Assembly: GCA_031411995.1 (NCBI GenBank) | Contig: JANOCD010000057.1 | Coordinates: 28,461 to 92,460 of the forward strand | DNA: 64,000 nt | Reading direction: 5' to 3' | DNA from: Cytophagales bacterium | Lineage (GTDB): Bacteria > Bacteroidota > Bacteroidia > Cytophagales > Spirosomataceae | Shown: positions 39,073 to 47,892 of the stretch, one piece after another | How positions within the stretch are numbered: position 1 is the first letter of the stretch | Layout: each line of letters starts with the position of its first letter | Program-made: the position numbers and the translations under genes | The notes under the pieces: generated by a model | What the model saw: only the letters and a program-made list of their open reading frames with translations | Database searches by the model: none | Told to the model about the DNA's origin: nothing

Positions 39073-39432
39073 CAGGGCAAATATAAAGAATTGCAAACAA
39101 TTTAATCAACAAATGGTACTGTACGGCCAAAGTTTTCCACCCATCTGAACCGCTATAGACATTTATTGCTTACAAATATAATTAAGTAAAAACTAGTAAA
39201 TATACTCAATATTTTGTTTAAAAGCTATCCTGACGTATAAACTCTCTACTAAAATTCCTGTCTTCATTCTGTTTGATTCTAGCATCGTGTTATTCCCATT
39301 GCCTATGCTAAGTAGGTCAAATACCTCAAAAGTTCCAAATGAATTTATTATCCGGTATCAACGGCACTGTCTCACAGGTATTTAATTACCGGTTGTATCT
39401 ATGTAAAGCCTTTAAATAAACTTATCAAAACT

Positions 39433-40270
39433 ATGCACCTACCTGTTTTCAACCAGTGTTAAATTTTCTACAACCGTCTACTCAACGTGAGGGTGTCGGC
39501 CAGCGGATGCCAGTGGCGCTTATACCAACTACAGTTCGCCCAAATTTCTGCTCATCACAAACTCTAACAAAGAGGGCACCAACTGGATGAAGGAAATTTT
39601 CACATCGGCACCAATGCAAAACCATCAGTTGGGGGTTACGGACGGTAACGAGGGTGGTCGGTATGCCCTGTCGCTCAACTACTTCCATCAGCAGGGTATT
39701 GACCTGATGATTAATTATGCTGACCGGATTGGCAGCACTGCCCTAAGCCAAAATGTTGGCGTAAACTACGGCTCTTACCGCAACACCGTAACGAAAATCA
39801 CCGGGCATGCCAACACGCAGTATTTCGGCATTAACGACAAGCAGATTCAGAAATTCGTGGTGACTCATCAGGACTTCCCGATCTCTTCGTTTTATGGCTA
39901 TACAATCGACGGGATTTTCCAGACCAACGAAGAATGAAAAGCCCACCCGGTTCAGTTTGGCAATGCCGCCAGCGAAAACGTAGCGGGCCGGTTCAAATTC
40001 CGAAATAACAACGGCGACGGAGTGATATACTCTAAGTATCAGACCATTATTGGTAATCCCCATCCTGATTTTACGTATGGTATTAACCTTGGTCTGAACT
40101 ACAAAGACTTTGGTTTGACCGTGTTTGGACAGGGCGTTCAGGGTAACCAGATTTTTAACTCCCTGAAATACTGGACTGATTTCTCGACTTTCCTCGGCAA
40201 TCGCAGCACCAGGATGGTCTATCAGTCGTGGAGGCCCGGCAGCACCGATGCCATTCTGCCCTAACTACGG
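39433..40270 (+). pseudogene. Collapsed SusC/RagA TonB-dependent transporter remnant
   Basis: GTNWMKEIFTSAPMQNHQLG, SSFYGYTIDGIFQT-stop, GRFKF, NGDG, IGNPHPDFTYG, GQGVQGNQIFN; stops, frameshifts, large deletions; 5' boundary uncertain. Confidence 0.8.
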
Positions 40271-40271
40271 G

Positions 40272-40951
40272 CCGCCCCTTTATCCCCGCCCACAATAAGC
40301 TCGGAACGATATGTTTCCAATAATTCAGGCGCAATCGTTACATCATGATGACTGGTTGCCACCAAAATATGAACGGGTACGCCCTCGGTGGTCAACATCA
40401 GGTGAAGGCGGAAGCCGTAAAAGTCTTCCTTTTTAGCCGTACAGTGGCCGTACATTTCCTTATGAGCAACCCCAAACTCAGCTGCCAGCGTATGCTGCCT
40501 ACCGGCTCTGGTATAGCCACAGACGGGCAGTGGCATAATATCCATGATATACCAAATCTAGCGGATGATGCCCAGTTCACAAAGCAGCATTTGTCGCATG
40601 AGATTGGTTAGTTTGAACAAAATTTTACTACGCCTATCAAAGAGACTACGCTCAATAAGTTTAGGAAACAAACGATAGTAATTATGTTTAACGACGTTAT
40701 ATTAAGCTGCTTCTGAGTTAGTTACCATGTGATTGTCCTAAGTCAGCGTAATGACTTCACTATCCATGAAGGTGGGTTACGGGCCGGGTCTATCCACGAA
40801 TGAGTGGACTTTTTGGTAAAATTCATCGACGTAGTAGAAGATAATGGTCAGCATATCTTCGAGGGTTCCCCTTTCCAGTGTATCTTTGAGTGACTCGATC
40901 ATGGGATATCTGTGTTTTGGTTTGGCGACCTATAAATACCCCTTTTCGGGT
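40272..40951 (-). mobile_element. IS982-family insertion sequence remnant, transposase pseudogene, 3'-truncated
   Basis: Translated pieces LTIIFYYVD..DSEVITL, LFPKLIERSLFDRR, DIMPLPVC, FYGFRLHL, SHHD, GDKG; in-frame stops; left end ACCCGAA at 40951; no right end found. Confidence 0.8.
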
Positions 40952-41006
40952 TAATTAGAAACTAAGTCCAACTTTTACAACTAGCGCTACTGGTTAACCA
41001 GTATTT

Positions 41007-41435
41007 ATGCACCTTGCTCAAATCAACATTGGTCGCCTGCTCGCTCCCATTGACGATCCCCTGATTGCGGATTTTGCCAACAACCTCGATGCGATCAACG
41101 AACTGGCCGAGCGAAGCCCCGGTTTTGTGTGGCGGCTCAAAGGCGATAACAACAACGCCACTGATTTTCACCCGTTTGGCGATGAATTATGTATTGTGAA
41201 TATGTCGGTTTGGGAGAGCGTCGATGCACTCAAAGCATTTGCCTTTCAGTCGGAACATATGGATTTCGTGAAACGACGACGCGAATGGTTCGAGAAACCC
41301 ACAGCGGCTTATATGGCCCTGTGGTGGATACCCGAAGGCCACATTCCCACAGTTGACGAAGCCCAAGAGCGGCTGCAATCGCTGGACAAAAACAGCGATA
41401 CCGAGTTTGCCTTTACGTTTCGGAAGTTGTTTTGA
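41007..41435 (+). CDS. DUF3291-family protein
   Basis: HLAQINIGR, AERSPGFVWRL, NMSVWES, H..F..RRREWF, ALWWIP, FAFTF. Confidence 0.88.
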   Translation: MHLAQINIGRLLAPIDDPLIADFANNLDAINELAERSPGFVWRLKGDNNNATDFHPFGDELCIVNMSVWESVDALKAFAFQSEHMDFVKRRREWFEKPTAAYMALWWIPEGHIPTVDEAQERLQSLDKNSDTEFAFTFRKLF

Positions 41436-41446
41436 TTGCATTGAAA

Positions 41447-41480
41447 AATAGCCACTCCCTCAGGTGTGGCTATTTTTTTT
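41447..41480 (+). terminator. Intrinsic terminator after DUF3291 gene
   Basis: aaaatagccac ... gtggctattttttt. Confidence 0.75.
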
Positions 41481-41487
41481 GACACTA

Positions 41488-41521
41488 TTTTATAATTAGT
41501 CTAAATAACATCTTACCTTTG
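41488..41521 (+). promoter_or_regulatory. Putative Fur box adjacent to a TAnnTTTG -7 promoter element
   Basis: TTTTATAATTAGTCTAAAT (41488-41506) matches 16/19 of the ATTTAGAATTATTCTAAAT palindrome I recall for Flavobacteriales Fur; TACCTTTG at 41514-41521. Confidence 0.6.
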
Positions 41522-41551
41522 TCCCGGAATTTATGAAAAGACAAAATTAAT

Positions 41552-42718
41552 ATGCGCCTGCAAACACTATCCATAACACTGCTTTCAGCCTCTCTTTTTG
41601 CCTTTGGCCTAACTGCCTGCAATAACGACGACCCAAACGTGGCCCCCGCCGTTCAACTCCGGAAAACGATTGATTATGCAAGCCTGAAGGACACGGCTAC
41701 CTATGCCAACGCTTTTGTGGACGACAAGGGCGTGAAAACCGTTGACCTAACCAACGGCAGCAACCAGCTGCTAATGTTCCGAGCCATCAACACCTACAAT
41801 ACCACAGCGGTGAGTACGCTGACTCCGGTGGATGCCAACGTGCTGAAAAACATGTTCGCCAATACCAGCAGCCCATTTTCAGGTACGTTTGCGGCCTTGA
41901 ACTCGGCGGCTGTGCAATTGCGGGCGGTAACGGCTTCGTCGGTGGCGGATGCCGAGAAGGAGCGGCTGGCGATTGAGGCCGGGTTTACCGAAATGGCCAA
42001 CGCCAGCAAGTCGGTGTCGATGACGGCGGCAGAGGGCAAAGCGGGTAAATTGGGAACGTATCTGGTTGATGCTAAGGGCATTGAATGGGCACAGATCATC
42101 CAAAAAGGCTTGATTGGTGCGTTCCAGTTAGATTATATTGGCAACGTTTTATTAAGCGACAAAAACCTTTCGGCAGACAACACGACGCTGGTTGCAGGCA
42201 AAAACTACACGCAGTTGGAGCAGAATTGGGACGAGATTTTTGGGATCCTGACTGCCAACCCGGTCTATGGCGGCAAAGCCACGGCCACTTCGTCGGGCGA
42301 GAGTTTCATGGGATCGTATCTGTGGGAATACAATAAGGAGGGTTTTGCCAAAATTCACCCGGCATTACTCAAAGGTCGGGCAGCCATTGTGAACAACGAC
42401 GCGGCTACCCTGAAAGCACAGGCTACCCTCATTCGGCAGGAGATGGAAAAAGCCATTGCAGCTTCGGCCCTCGGCTACATGACCAAGTGGAAAACCAACG
42501 CAACCAACGATGCCGCCCGCGCCCACGCTTTTGCCGAAGGGATGGGATTCATTTATTCACTGCGTTTTGCCAAACTGAATGGAGGAGATGCTGCTTTCTC
42601 TGAGGGCATCCTGAATCCCCTTGTTTACTCGTCACCCAACGGATTCTGGGGCCTGACCAACGCCAAAATCGACGCAGCTTCGGCTGCTATTCGGACGAAG
42701 TTTAATATCACGAATTAA
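41552..42718 (+). CDS. DUF4856-family lipoprotein
   Basis: Lipobox LTAC; GIEWAQIIQKGLIGA, NWDEIFG, HAFAEGMGFIYSLRF. Confidence 0.8.
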   Translation: MRLQTLSITLLSASLFAFGLTACNNDDPNVAPAVQLRKTIDYASLKDTATYANAFVDDKGVKTVDLTNGSNQLLMFRAINTYNTTAVSTLTPVDANVLKNMFANTSSPFSGTFAALNSAAVQLRAVTASSVADAEKERLAIEAGFTEMANASKSVSMTAAEGKAGKLGTYLVDAKGIEWAQIIQKGLIGAFQLDYIGNVLLSDKNLSADNTTLVAGKNYTQLEQNWDEIFGILTANPVYGGKATATSSGESFMGSYLWEYNKEGFAKIHPALLKGRAAIVNNDAATLKAQATLIRQEMEKAIAASALGYMTKWKTNATNDAARAHAFAEGMGFIYSLRFAKLNGGDAAFSEGILNPLVYSSPNGFWGLTNAKIDAASAAIRTKFNITN

Positions 42719-42751
42719 AACCTACCTCACCGCAGCGGCCGACCGCCCCAA

Positions 42752-42776
42752 CCCCTCTCCTTCAAAAGGAGAGGGG
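42752..42776. repeat. REP-like GC-rich hairpin between DUF4856 and imelysin genes
   Basis: cccctctcctt-caa-aaggagagggg. Confidence 0.7.
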
Positions 42777-42789
42777 AAACCTTACCGTC

Positions 42790-43935
42790 ATGCTCAAAAA
42801 AATCACCATCACCCTCGCATCCGTTGCCTTGTTGTGGGCCTGTTCAACCGGCACGACGGACGAGTCCCAGCCGACTCCGCAACCCGGCAATGCTGGCTCG
42901 ACTGACCGCAAAGCGATGTTGACCAACCTGGCCGATAATATTATTTTGCCGAGTTACGCGAGCTTCAAAACTACGTTTGATGCCATGCTGACGAAGGCCG
43001 ATGCGTTTGCGGCCAAGCCGAGCCAAGCGTCGCTGACGGAGTTTCGGCAGGCGTGGACCACGGCTTACACGGAGTGGCAAAAGGTGGAATTATTTGATGT
43101 GGGTCCGGCCGAGAATCACACGCTCCGGTACTTTTTCAATATTTATCCGGCTAATACAGTGGGTATTGAGGAGAACATCGTAACGGGTTTGTCGGCTTCG
43201 CTGGAAGTGCCATCGTCGTACCCCAGACAGGGTTTTCCGGCTTTGGATTACCTTATAAATGGCCTTGGTAGCACCGACGAGGCCATTTTAGCAAAGTACA
43301 CGACCGCACCCGATGCTGCCAAACGCGTTGCCTATCTGAAACGGATTACAAGCCAGATGAACACCCAGTTCACAACGGTTTATTCGGAGTGGACGGGCGG
43401 CTACCGCGATACGTTTGTGAACTGCACGGGTCTTGATGCCGGTTGCTCAACATCCAAACTCGTGAACGGGTTTGTGCTGCATTACGAGCGGTATATCCGC
43501 TCCGGGAAGATCGGGATTCCGTCGGGGGCGATGACCAACGGCGTGGTGGCCCCGGAGAAAGTGGAGTCGTTCTACAAAAAAGACATCTCGCTCACGCTGG
43601 CTAAAACCGCACATCAGGCCGTAGTCGATTTTTTCAACGGCAAAAGTTTGAAAACAGGGCAGGAAGGGCCATCGCTCAAGACATACCTGAACGGCTTAGG
43701 GGCCAAAGACAGCCGCACCGGAACAAGTCTCACCGATATTATCAACGCACAAATGGCCGTTAGTGCCGCGCAACTCAACGCGATTAAAGGCAACCTGCAC
43801 GACGAAGTGAAAACCAATAATGCCGCTGTGGTGGGGGTATATACCGAGATGCAAAAGGCCGTCCGAATGCTGAAAGTCGATATGACCACGGCCATGAGCA
43901 TCACGATTACGTATACGGATAATGACGGAGACTGA
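42790..43935 (+). CDS. Imelysin-like lipoprotein
   Basis: Lipobox LWAC; WQKVELFDVGPA, QGFPALDYL, KIGIPSG, DMTTAMSITITYTDNDGD. Confidence 0.88.
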   Translation: MLKKITITLASVALLWACSTGTTDESQPTPQPGNAGSTDRKAMLTNLADNIILPSYASFKTTFDAMLTKADAFAAKPSQASLTEFRQAWTTAYTEWQKVELFDVGPAENHTLRYFFNIYPANTVGIEENIVTGLSASLEVPSSYPRQGFPALDYLINGLGSTDEAILAKYTTAPDAAKRVAYLKRITSQMNTQFTTVYSEWTGGYRDTFVNCTGLDAGCSTSKLVNGFVLHYERYIRSGKIGIPSGAMTNGVVAPEKVESFYKKDISLTLAKTAHQAVVDFFNGKSLKTGQEGPSLKTYLNGLGAKDSRTGTSLTDIINAQMAVSAAQLNAIKGNLHDEVKTNNAAVVGVYTEMQKAVRMLKVDMTTAMSITITYTDNDGD

Positions 43936-45271
43936 GACCTCTCCCGCCCCCCTATCCATCTTCCGCATCGCCTTTGGGCTGATGATGTTTGCAAGCATTG
44001 TTCGGTTTTGGAGCAAGGGGTGGATTGAGGAATTGTATATAAAACCCACATTTTTCTTTTCGTTCTATGGGTTTGCCTTTGTGAAGCCGCTGGGTGTCTG
44101 GACCTACGGCCTTTTTGCCGTTTGTGGGCTGTCGGCCCTACTGGTGGCAGTCGGGTTGTTTTATAGGGTGGCGGCTATTGGGCTGTTTCTGAGTTTCACG
44201 TACATCGAACTCATGGACAAAAGCACGTATCTGAACCACTATTATTTCACGAGCTTAGTTTGTCTGCTGCTGATTTTCATTCCCGCCCACGTCTATTTTT
44301 CGGTGGATGCGTACCGTCGCCCGGCTCTGTTTGCCGACCGGATTCCGGCGGTCTATCCCAACGCGCTGAAGTTGCTGATTGCCATTTTATACGTCTATGC
44401 AGGCCTTGCCAAAATCAACTCCGACTGGCTGTTGCACGCGCTACCGCTCCGAATCTGGCTTCCCGCCCGCAATGACACGCCCATCATTGGGTTTCTGTTC
44501 AATTATCCATGGGTAGCCTACGTATTTAGCTGGTTTGGGTGTATATATGACCTGAGCATTCCATTCCTGCTCTGGAACCGCCGAACCCGCCCCTGGGCCT
44601 ATGCCGCTGTGGTGGTGTTCCACGGACTCACGGCCCTGCTGTTTCCCATTGGCATGTTCCCGTATATCATGATCGTTACGGCTTTGCTGTTTTTTGATTG
44701 GACGGGTGTACAACGTAGCAAGCAGCCTGAAAAAGCCCCCCAGCCCCCTAAAGGGGGAGCACCCCAATTCCAGCTTGCTCCCCCTTTAGGGAGCTGGGGG
44801 GCTTTTTCGAAACGCCTAACCCGCATCGCCTTCACCCTCTTCTTCCTCCTCCAACTCATCCTCCCGTTCCGCTATTGGCTCTATCCGGGTGAGTTGTTCT
44901 GGACGGAAGAGGGCTATCGGTTTTCGTGGCGGGTGATGCTGATGGAGAAAGCGGGCTATGCCCAGTTCACGGTGAAAGATGATACGGGAAAGCGCGTAGT
45001 GGTGAACAACACCGAGTTTCTGACTCCTTTGCAGGAGAAAATGATGAGTACGCAACCCGATATGTTGCTGCAATACGCCCACCATTTGTGCGATCAGTTT
45101 GCCGAGCGTGGGTTCCGGCAACCACAGGTTTACGTGGATTCCTATGTGGCCCTAAACGGGCGCATGGGCAAACCCCTCGTTGACCCCAAAACAGATTTGG
45201 CCAAAGAACGTGATTCGCTGGCCCCCAAAACGTGGATTACTCCGTTTGATGATGAGATATACGGTTTTTAG
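43922..45271 (+). CDS. HTTM-domain membrane protein (vitamin K-dependent carboxylase-like)
   Basis: FRIAFG, YLNHYY, YAGLAKINSDW, FHGLT...IGMFP, FSWRVML, VALNGR. Confidence 0.9.
   Translation: MTETETSPAPLSIFRIAFGLMMFASIVRFWSKGWIEELYIKPTFFFSFYGFAFVKPLGVWTYGLFAVCGLSALLVAVGLFYRVAAIGLFLSFTYIELMDKSTYLNHYYFTSLVCLLLIFIPAHVYFSVDAYRRPALFADRIPAVYPNALKLLIAILYVYAGLAKINSDWLLHALPLRIWLPARNDTPIIGFLFNYPWVAYVFSWFGCIYDLSIPFLLWNRRTRPWAYAAVVVFHGLTALLFPIGMFPYIMIVTALLFFDWTGVQRSKQPEKAPQPPKGGAPQFQLAPPLGSWGAFSKRLTRIAFTLFFLLQLILPFRYWLYPGELFWTEEGYRFSWRVMLMEKAGYAQFTVKDDTGKRVVVNNTEFLTPLQEKMMSTQPDMLLQYAHHLCDQFAERGFRQPQVYVDSYVALNGRMGKPLVDPKTDLAKERDSLAPKTWITPFDDEIYGF
44729..44808. repeat. 80-nt palindromic element inside the HTTM reading frame
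   Basis: 33-nt arms with one mismatch (44729-44761 / 44776-44808), 14-nt loop. Confidence 0.88.
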
Positions 45272-47480
45272 CGTTCTGTTGAGTGTCCTTTTTTCGGTGA
45301 ATGCGCTGGCTCAGAAACCTGCGAAAAACGGGTACGCCAAACCCGATAGCGCGGGCGTGAGCTGGGCCGATACGCTGCACGAAGTGACGGTGAAAGAGCA
45401 GCAAACGGAGTTTGGTTTTACCCGGATGCGGGGCGTAGAAGGCATGGGAATTTACGAGGGAAAAAAGTCCGAAGTGATCATTCCTGATCAGTTGGTAGCC
45501 AACCTTTCGACCAACAATGCCCGGCAGATTTTTTCCCGCGTGGCTGGTCTGAACATCTGGGAAAACGAGGGCGCAGGCCTTCAATTGAGCATCGGCGGGC
45601 GCGGCCTCGACCCCAACCGAACGTCCAATTTCAACGTTCGGCAAAATGGCTACGACATCAGTGCCGACGCTTTGGGCTACCCCGAAAGCTACTACACGCC
45701 CCCCATTGAGGCTGTTGGTCGGATTCAGGTGGTGCGGGGCGCGGCTTCGCTGCAATATGGTACGCAGTTTGGCGGTCTGCTTAACTTCGTGATGCGGAAG
45801 CCCGTGGCCGATCGGAAATTTCAACTCGTGGCCCGGCAAACGGTGGGGTCATTTGGATTTTATAACGGGTTTTTGAGTGCCAGTGGCACCGTGAGCAAGG
45901 TCTCTTATTATTCGTTTATCCAGTATAAACAGGGCAACGGCTGGCGACCCAATTCGCAGTTCACCAACTACACCGCCTACGCACATATTGACTATCGCCC
46001 AACCGAAAAAACCACATTGGGGGCCGACATTACCCAAATGGGCTACCTCGCCCAACAACCCGGTGGCCTGAGCGATGCCCAATTCCGGGAAAATCCCCGC
46101 CAAAGCAACCGCGAACGCAACTGGTTTGCCGTGAACTGGACAATGCCCGCCCTGCATTTCGATCACAAATTTAACACCCGCAACGAACTCAATGTCAGGC
46201 TCTTTGGCTTGATGGCTTATCGGTATTCGATTGGGTTCAGGCCCAATCGGGTGGCGAGCATGGACGACAACAGCGAACGCGATTTGATCCGGGGCGACTT
46301 TATGAACTGGGGAGCTGAAGCACGGTATCTAAAACGCTACGAATTGGGCGGTCGGCAGTCGGTACTGCTGGTGGGTAGCCGGTTTTACAAAGGGTTCAAC
46401 CACAGCGTGCAGGGGTTTGGCAGCACGGGCAAAGATGCCAATTTCCGGTTCATCGACAGCGAACAGGCCATCACAAGCGACTACCGTTTCCCGAATAAAA
46501 ATGTGTCGCTGTTTGCTGAAAATATCCTGTATATTGGTGATAAACTGTCGGTTACGCCGGGCGTTCGCTACGAATACATTTATACCACGGCAACTGGTTT
46601 CTATGGCAGCCTCACCCGCGATTTGGCCGGGAATGTAATTGCTTCCTCGTTCACCAACGAACGGCGCACCAACGGGCGAATGTTCGTGTTGGGCGGTCTG
46701 GGCCTGAGCTATAAACCCACCGCATCGCTGGATATTTACGGCAACCTATCGCAGAATTATCGTTCCATCACGTTCAGCGATATGCGGATTGCCAACCCCT
46801 CGCAGGTGATCGACCCGAATCTGAAAGACGAAAAGGGGTACTCGTTTGATTTGGGGGTGCGGAGTGTGCAAACCACACTGTACAACTTTGATGTCAGCGC
46901 GTTTCTGCTGAACTATAACAACCGCATTGGCGAGGTGCAGTTTTACGACCTCAACGACCGGGTTCTCCGACGACGCGGCAATATTGGCCGGGCCGTAATT
47001 ATGGGCCTTGAATCCTACGGCGAGGCCGATTTAGTCCGGTTGGCAAACCCGGAATCCCCGGTGAGTGGGGTGGTTTTTGGTAATATTGCCCTCATAAAAT
47101 CAGCCTATAAAGCAAGCGAAATTTCCGGCGTAGTGGGCAAGCAGGTGGAGTTTGTGCCGGCCATAAACCTGAAAAGTGGGGCGCGGATTGCCTACAAAAA
47201 CCTCAAAGCGTCGTTCCAATATACTTACCTCTCCGACCAGTTTTCGGATGCTACTAACGCCCGCGACGGGGGTGTTTCAGCCGTAATAGGCCTGATTCCG
47301 GCCTACGCCATCATGGATGCCAGCGTGTCCTACGAGTTCAAACGGTTTCGCATCGAAAGCAGCCTGAATAATCTGGCGAATCGTTTTTATTACACCCGCC
47401 GGGCAACGGGCTACCCCGGCCCCGGCATTCTGCCTTCTGATGGGCGAAGTGTGTACTTGACGGTGCAAATAAAGATTTGA
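45249..47480 (+). CDS. TonB-dependent receptor, FecA-like
   Basis: Plug NVRQNG, RIQVVRGAASLQYG; barrel ending GRSVYLTVQIKI; start trimmed to MMRYT. Confidence 0.92.
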   Translation: MMRYTVFSVLLSVLFSVNALAQKPAKNGYAKPDSAGVSWADTLHEVTVKEQQTEFGFTRMRGVEGMGIYEGKKSEVIIPDQLVANLSTNNARQIFSRVAGLNIWENEGAGLQLSIGGRGLDPNRTSNFNVRQNGYDISADALGYPESYYTPPIEAVGRIQVVRGAASLQYGTQFGGLLNFVMRKPVADRKFQLVARQTVGSFGFYNGFLSASGTVSKVSYYSFIQYKQGNGWRPNSQFTNYTAYAHIDYRPTEKTTLGADITQMGYLAQQPGGLSDAQFRENPRQSNRERNWFAVNWTMPALHFDHKFNTRNELNVRLFGLMAYRYSIGFRPNRVASMDDNSERDLIRGDFMNWGAEARYLKRYELGGRQSVLLVGSRFYKGFNHSVQGFGSTGKDANFRFIDSEQAITSDYRFPNKNVSLFAENILYIGDKLSVTPGVRYEYIYTTATGFYGSLTRDLAGNVIASSFTNERRTNGRMFVLGGLGLSYKPTASLDIYGNLSQNYRSITFSDMRIANPSQVIDPNLKDEKGYSFDLGVRSVQTTLYNFDVSAFLLNYNNRIGEVQFYDLNDRVLRRRGNIGRAVIMGLESYGEADLVRLANPESPVSGVVFGNIALIKSAYKASEISGVVGKQVEFVPAINLKSGARIAYKNLKASFQYTYLSDQFSDATNARDGGVSAVIGLIPAYAIMDASVSYEFKRFRIESSLNNLANRFYYTRRATGYPGPGILPSDGRSVYLTVQIKI

Positions 47481-47519
47481 GAAACCCCTCCCTGCGGGGA
47501 GGGGTTGAGGAAGGGTTTC
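47481..47519. terminator. REP-like hairpin between convergent genes
   Basis: aacccctccc-tgcg-gggaggggtt flanked by gaaaccc/gggtttc. Confidence 0.65.
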
Positions 47520-47811
47520 ACTTACTGGCCAAAATATCGACCATTTCGATAACCGGATCAGAGGCAAGCAAGTCAGCCGCATTAGCCATCAAAGCAGCCG
47601 CAATAGGGCCATTGAGGTGCGCCTGTCGCCCTGAATCGCTGGGAAACGTGTCGAAAATACCAAACGTAGTTGGCCCTAACTGGATACCATACCAAGTGAC
47701 GGTTTCCGGTTCGTTTTGAGCGAGCGGCAGTCCACTCCGCAGAAAATCAGCTACGGCCTGCTCTTTGCCGGGCTTTGCTTCCAATCGAACTAATAATCCC
47801 ACAGTAACCAT
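47518..47811 (-). CDS. Antibiotic biosynthesis monooxygenase (ABM) family protein
   Basis: LEAKPGKE, EPETVTW, FGIFDTF, QAHLNG. Confidence 0.85.
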   Translation of the reverse strand: MVTVGLLVRLEAKPGKEQAVADFLRSGLPLAQNEPETVTWYGIQLGPTTFGIFDTFPSDSGRQAHLNGPIAAALMANAADLLASDPVIEMVDILASK

Positions 47812-47892
47812 TTGGTAAGTTGGTCTAAGGTTGAGCCGCTATATACGAGAAGAAGCGGATTTTGGTTGTAAAAACCTATCGAAATTATCAAT

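Noticed and set aside
38884-39096. 70-aa ORF over candidate sRNA B, and MVWI micro-ORFs in the shared motif
   Set aside because: The ORF crosses a promoter box and terminator; MVWI frames are 9 and 4 codons, so no conserved peptide
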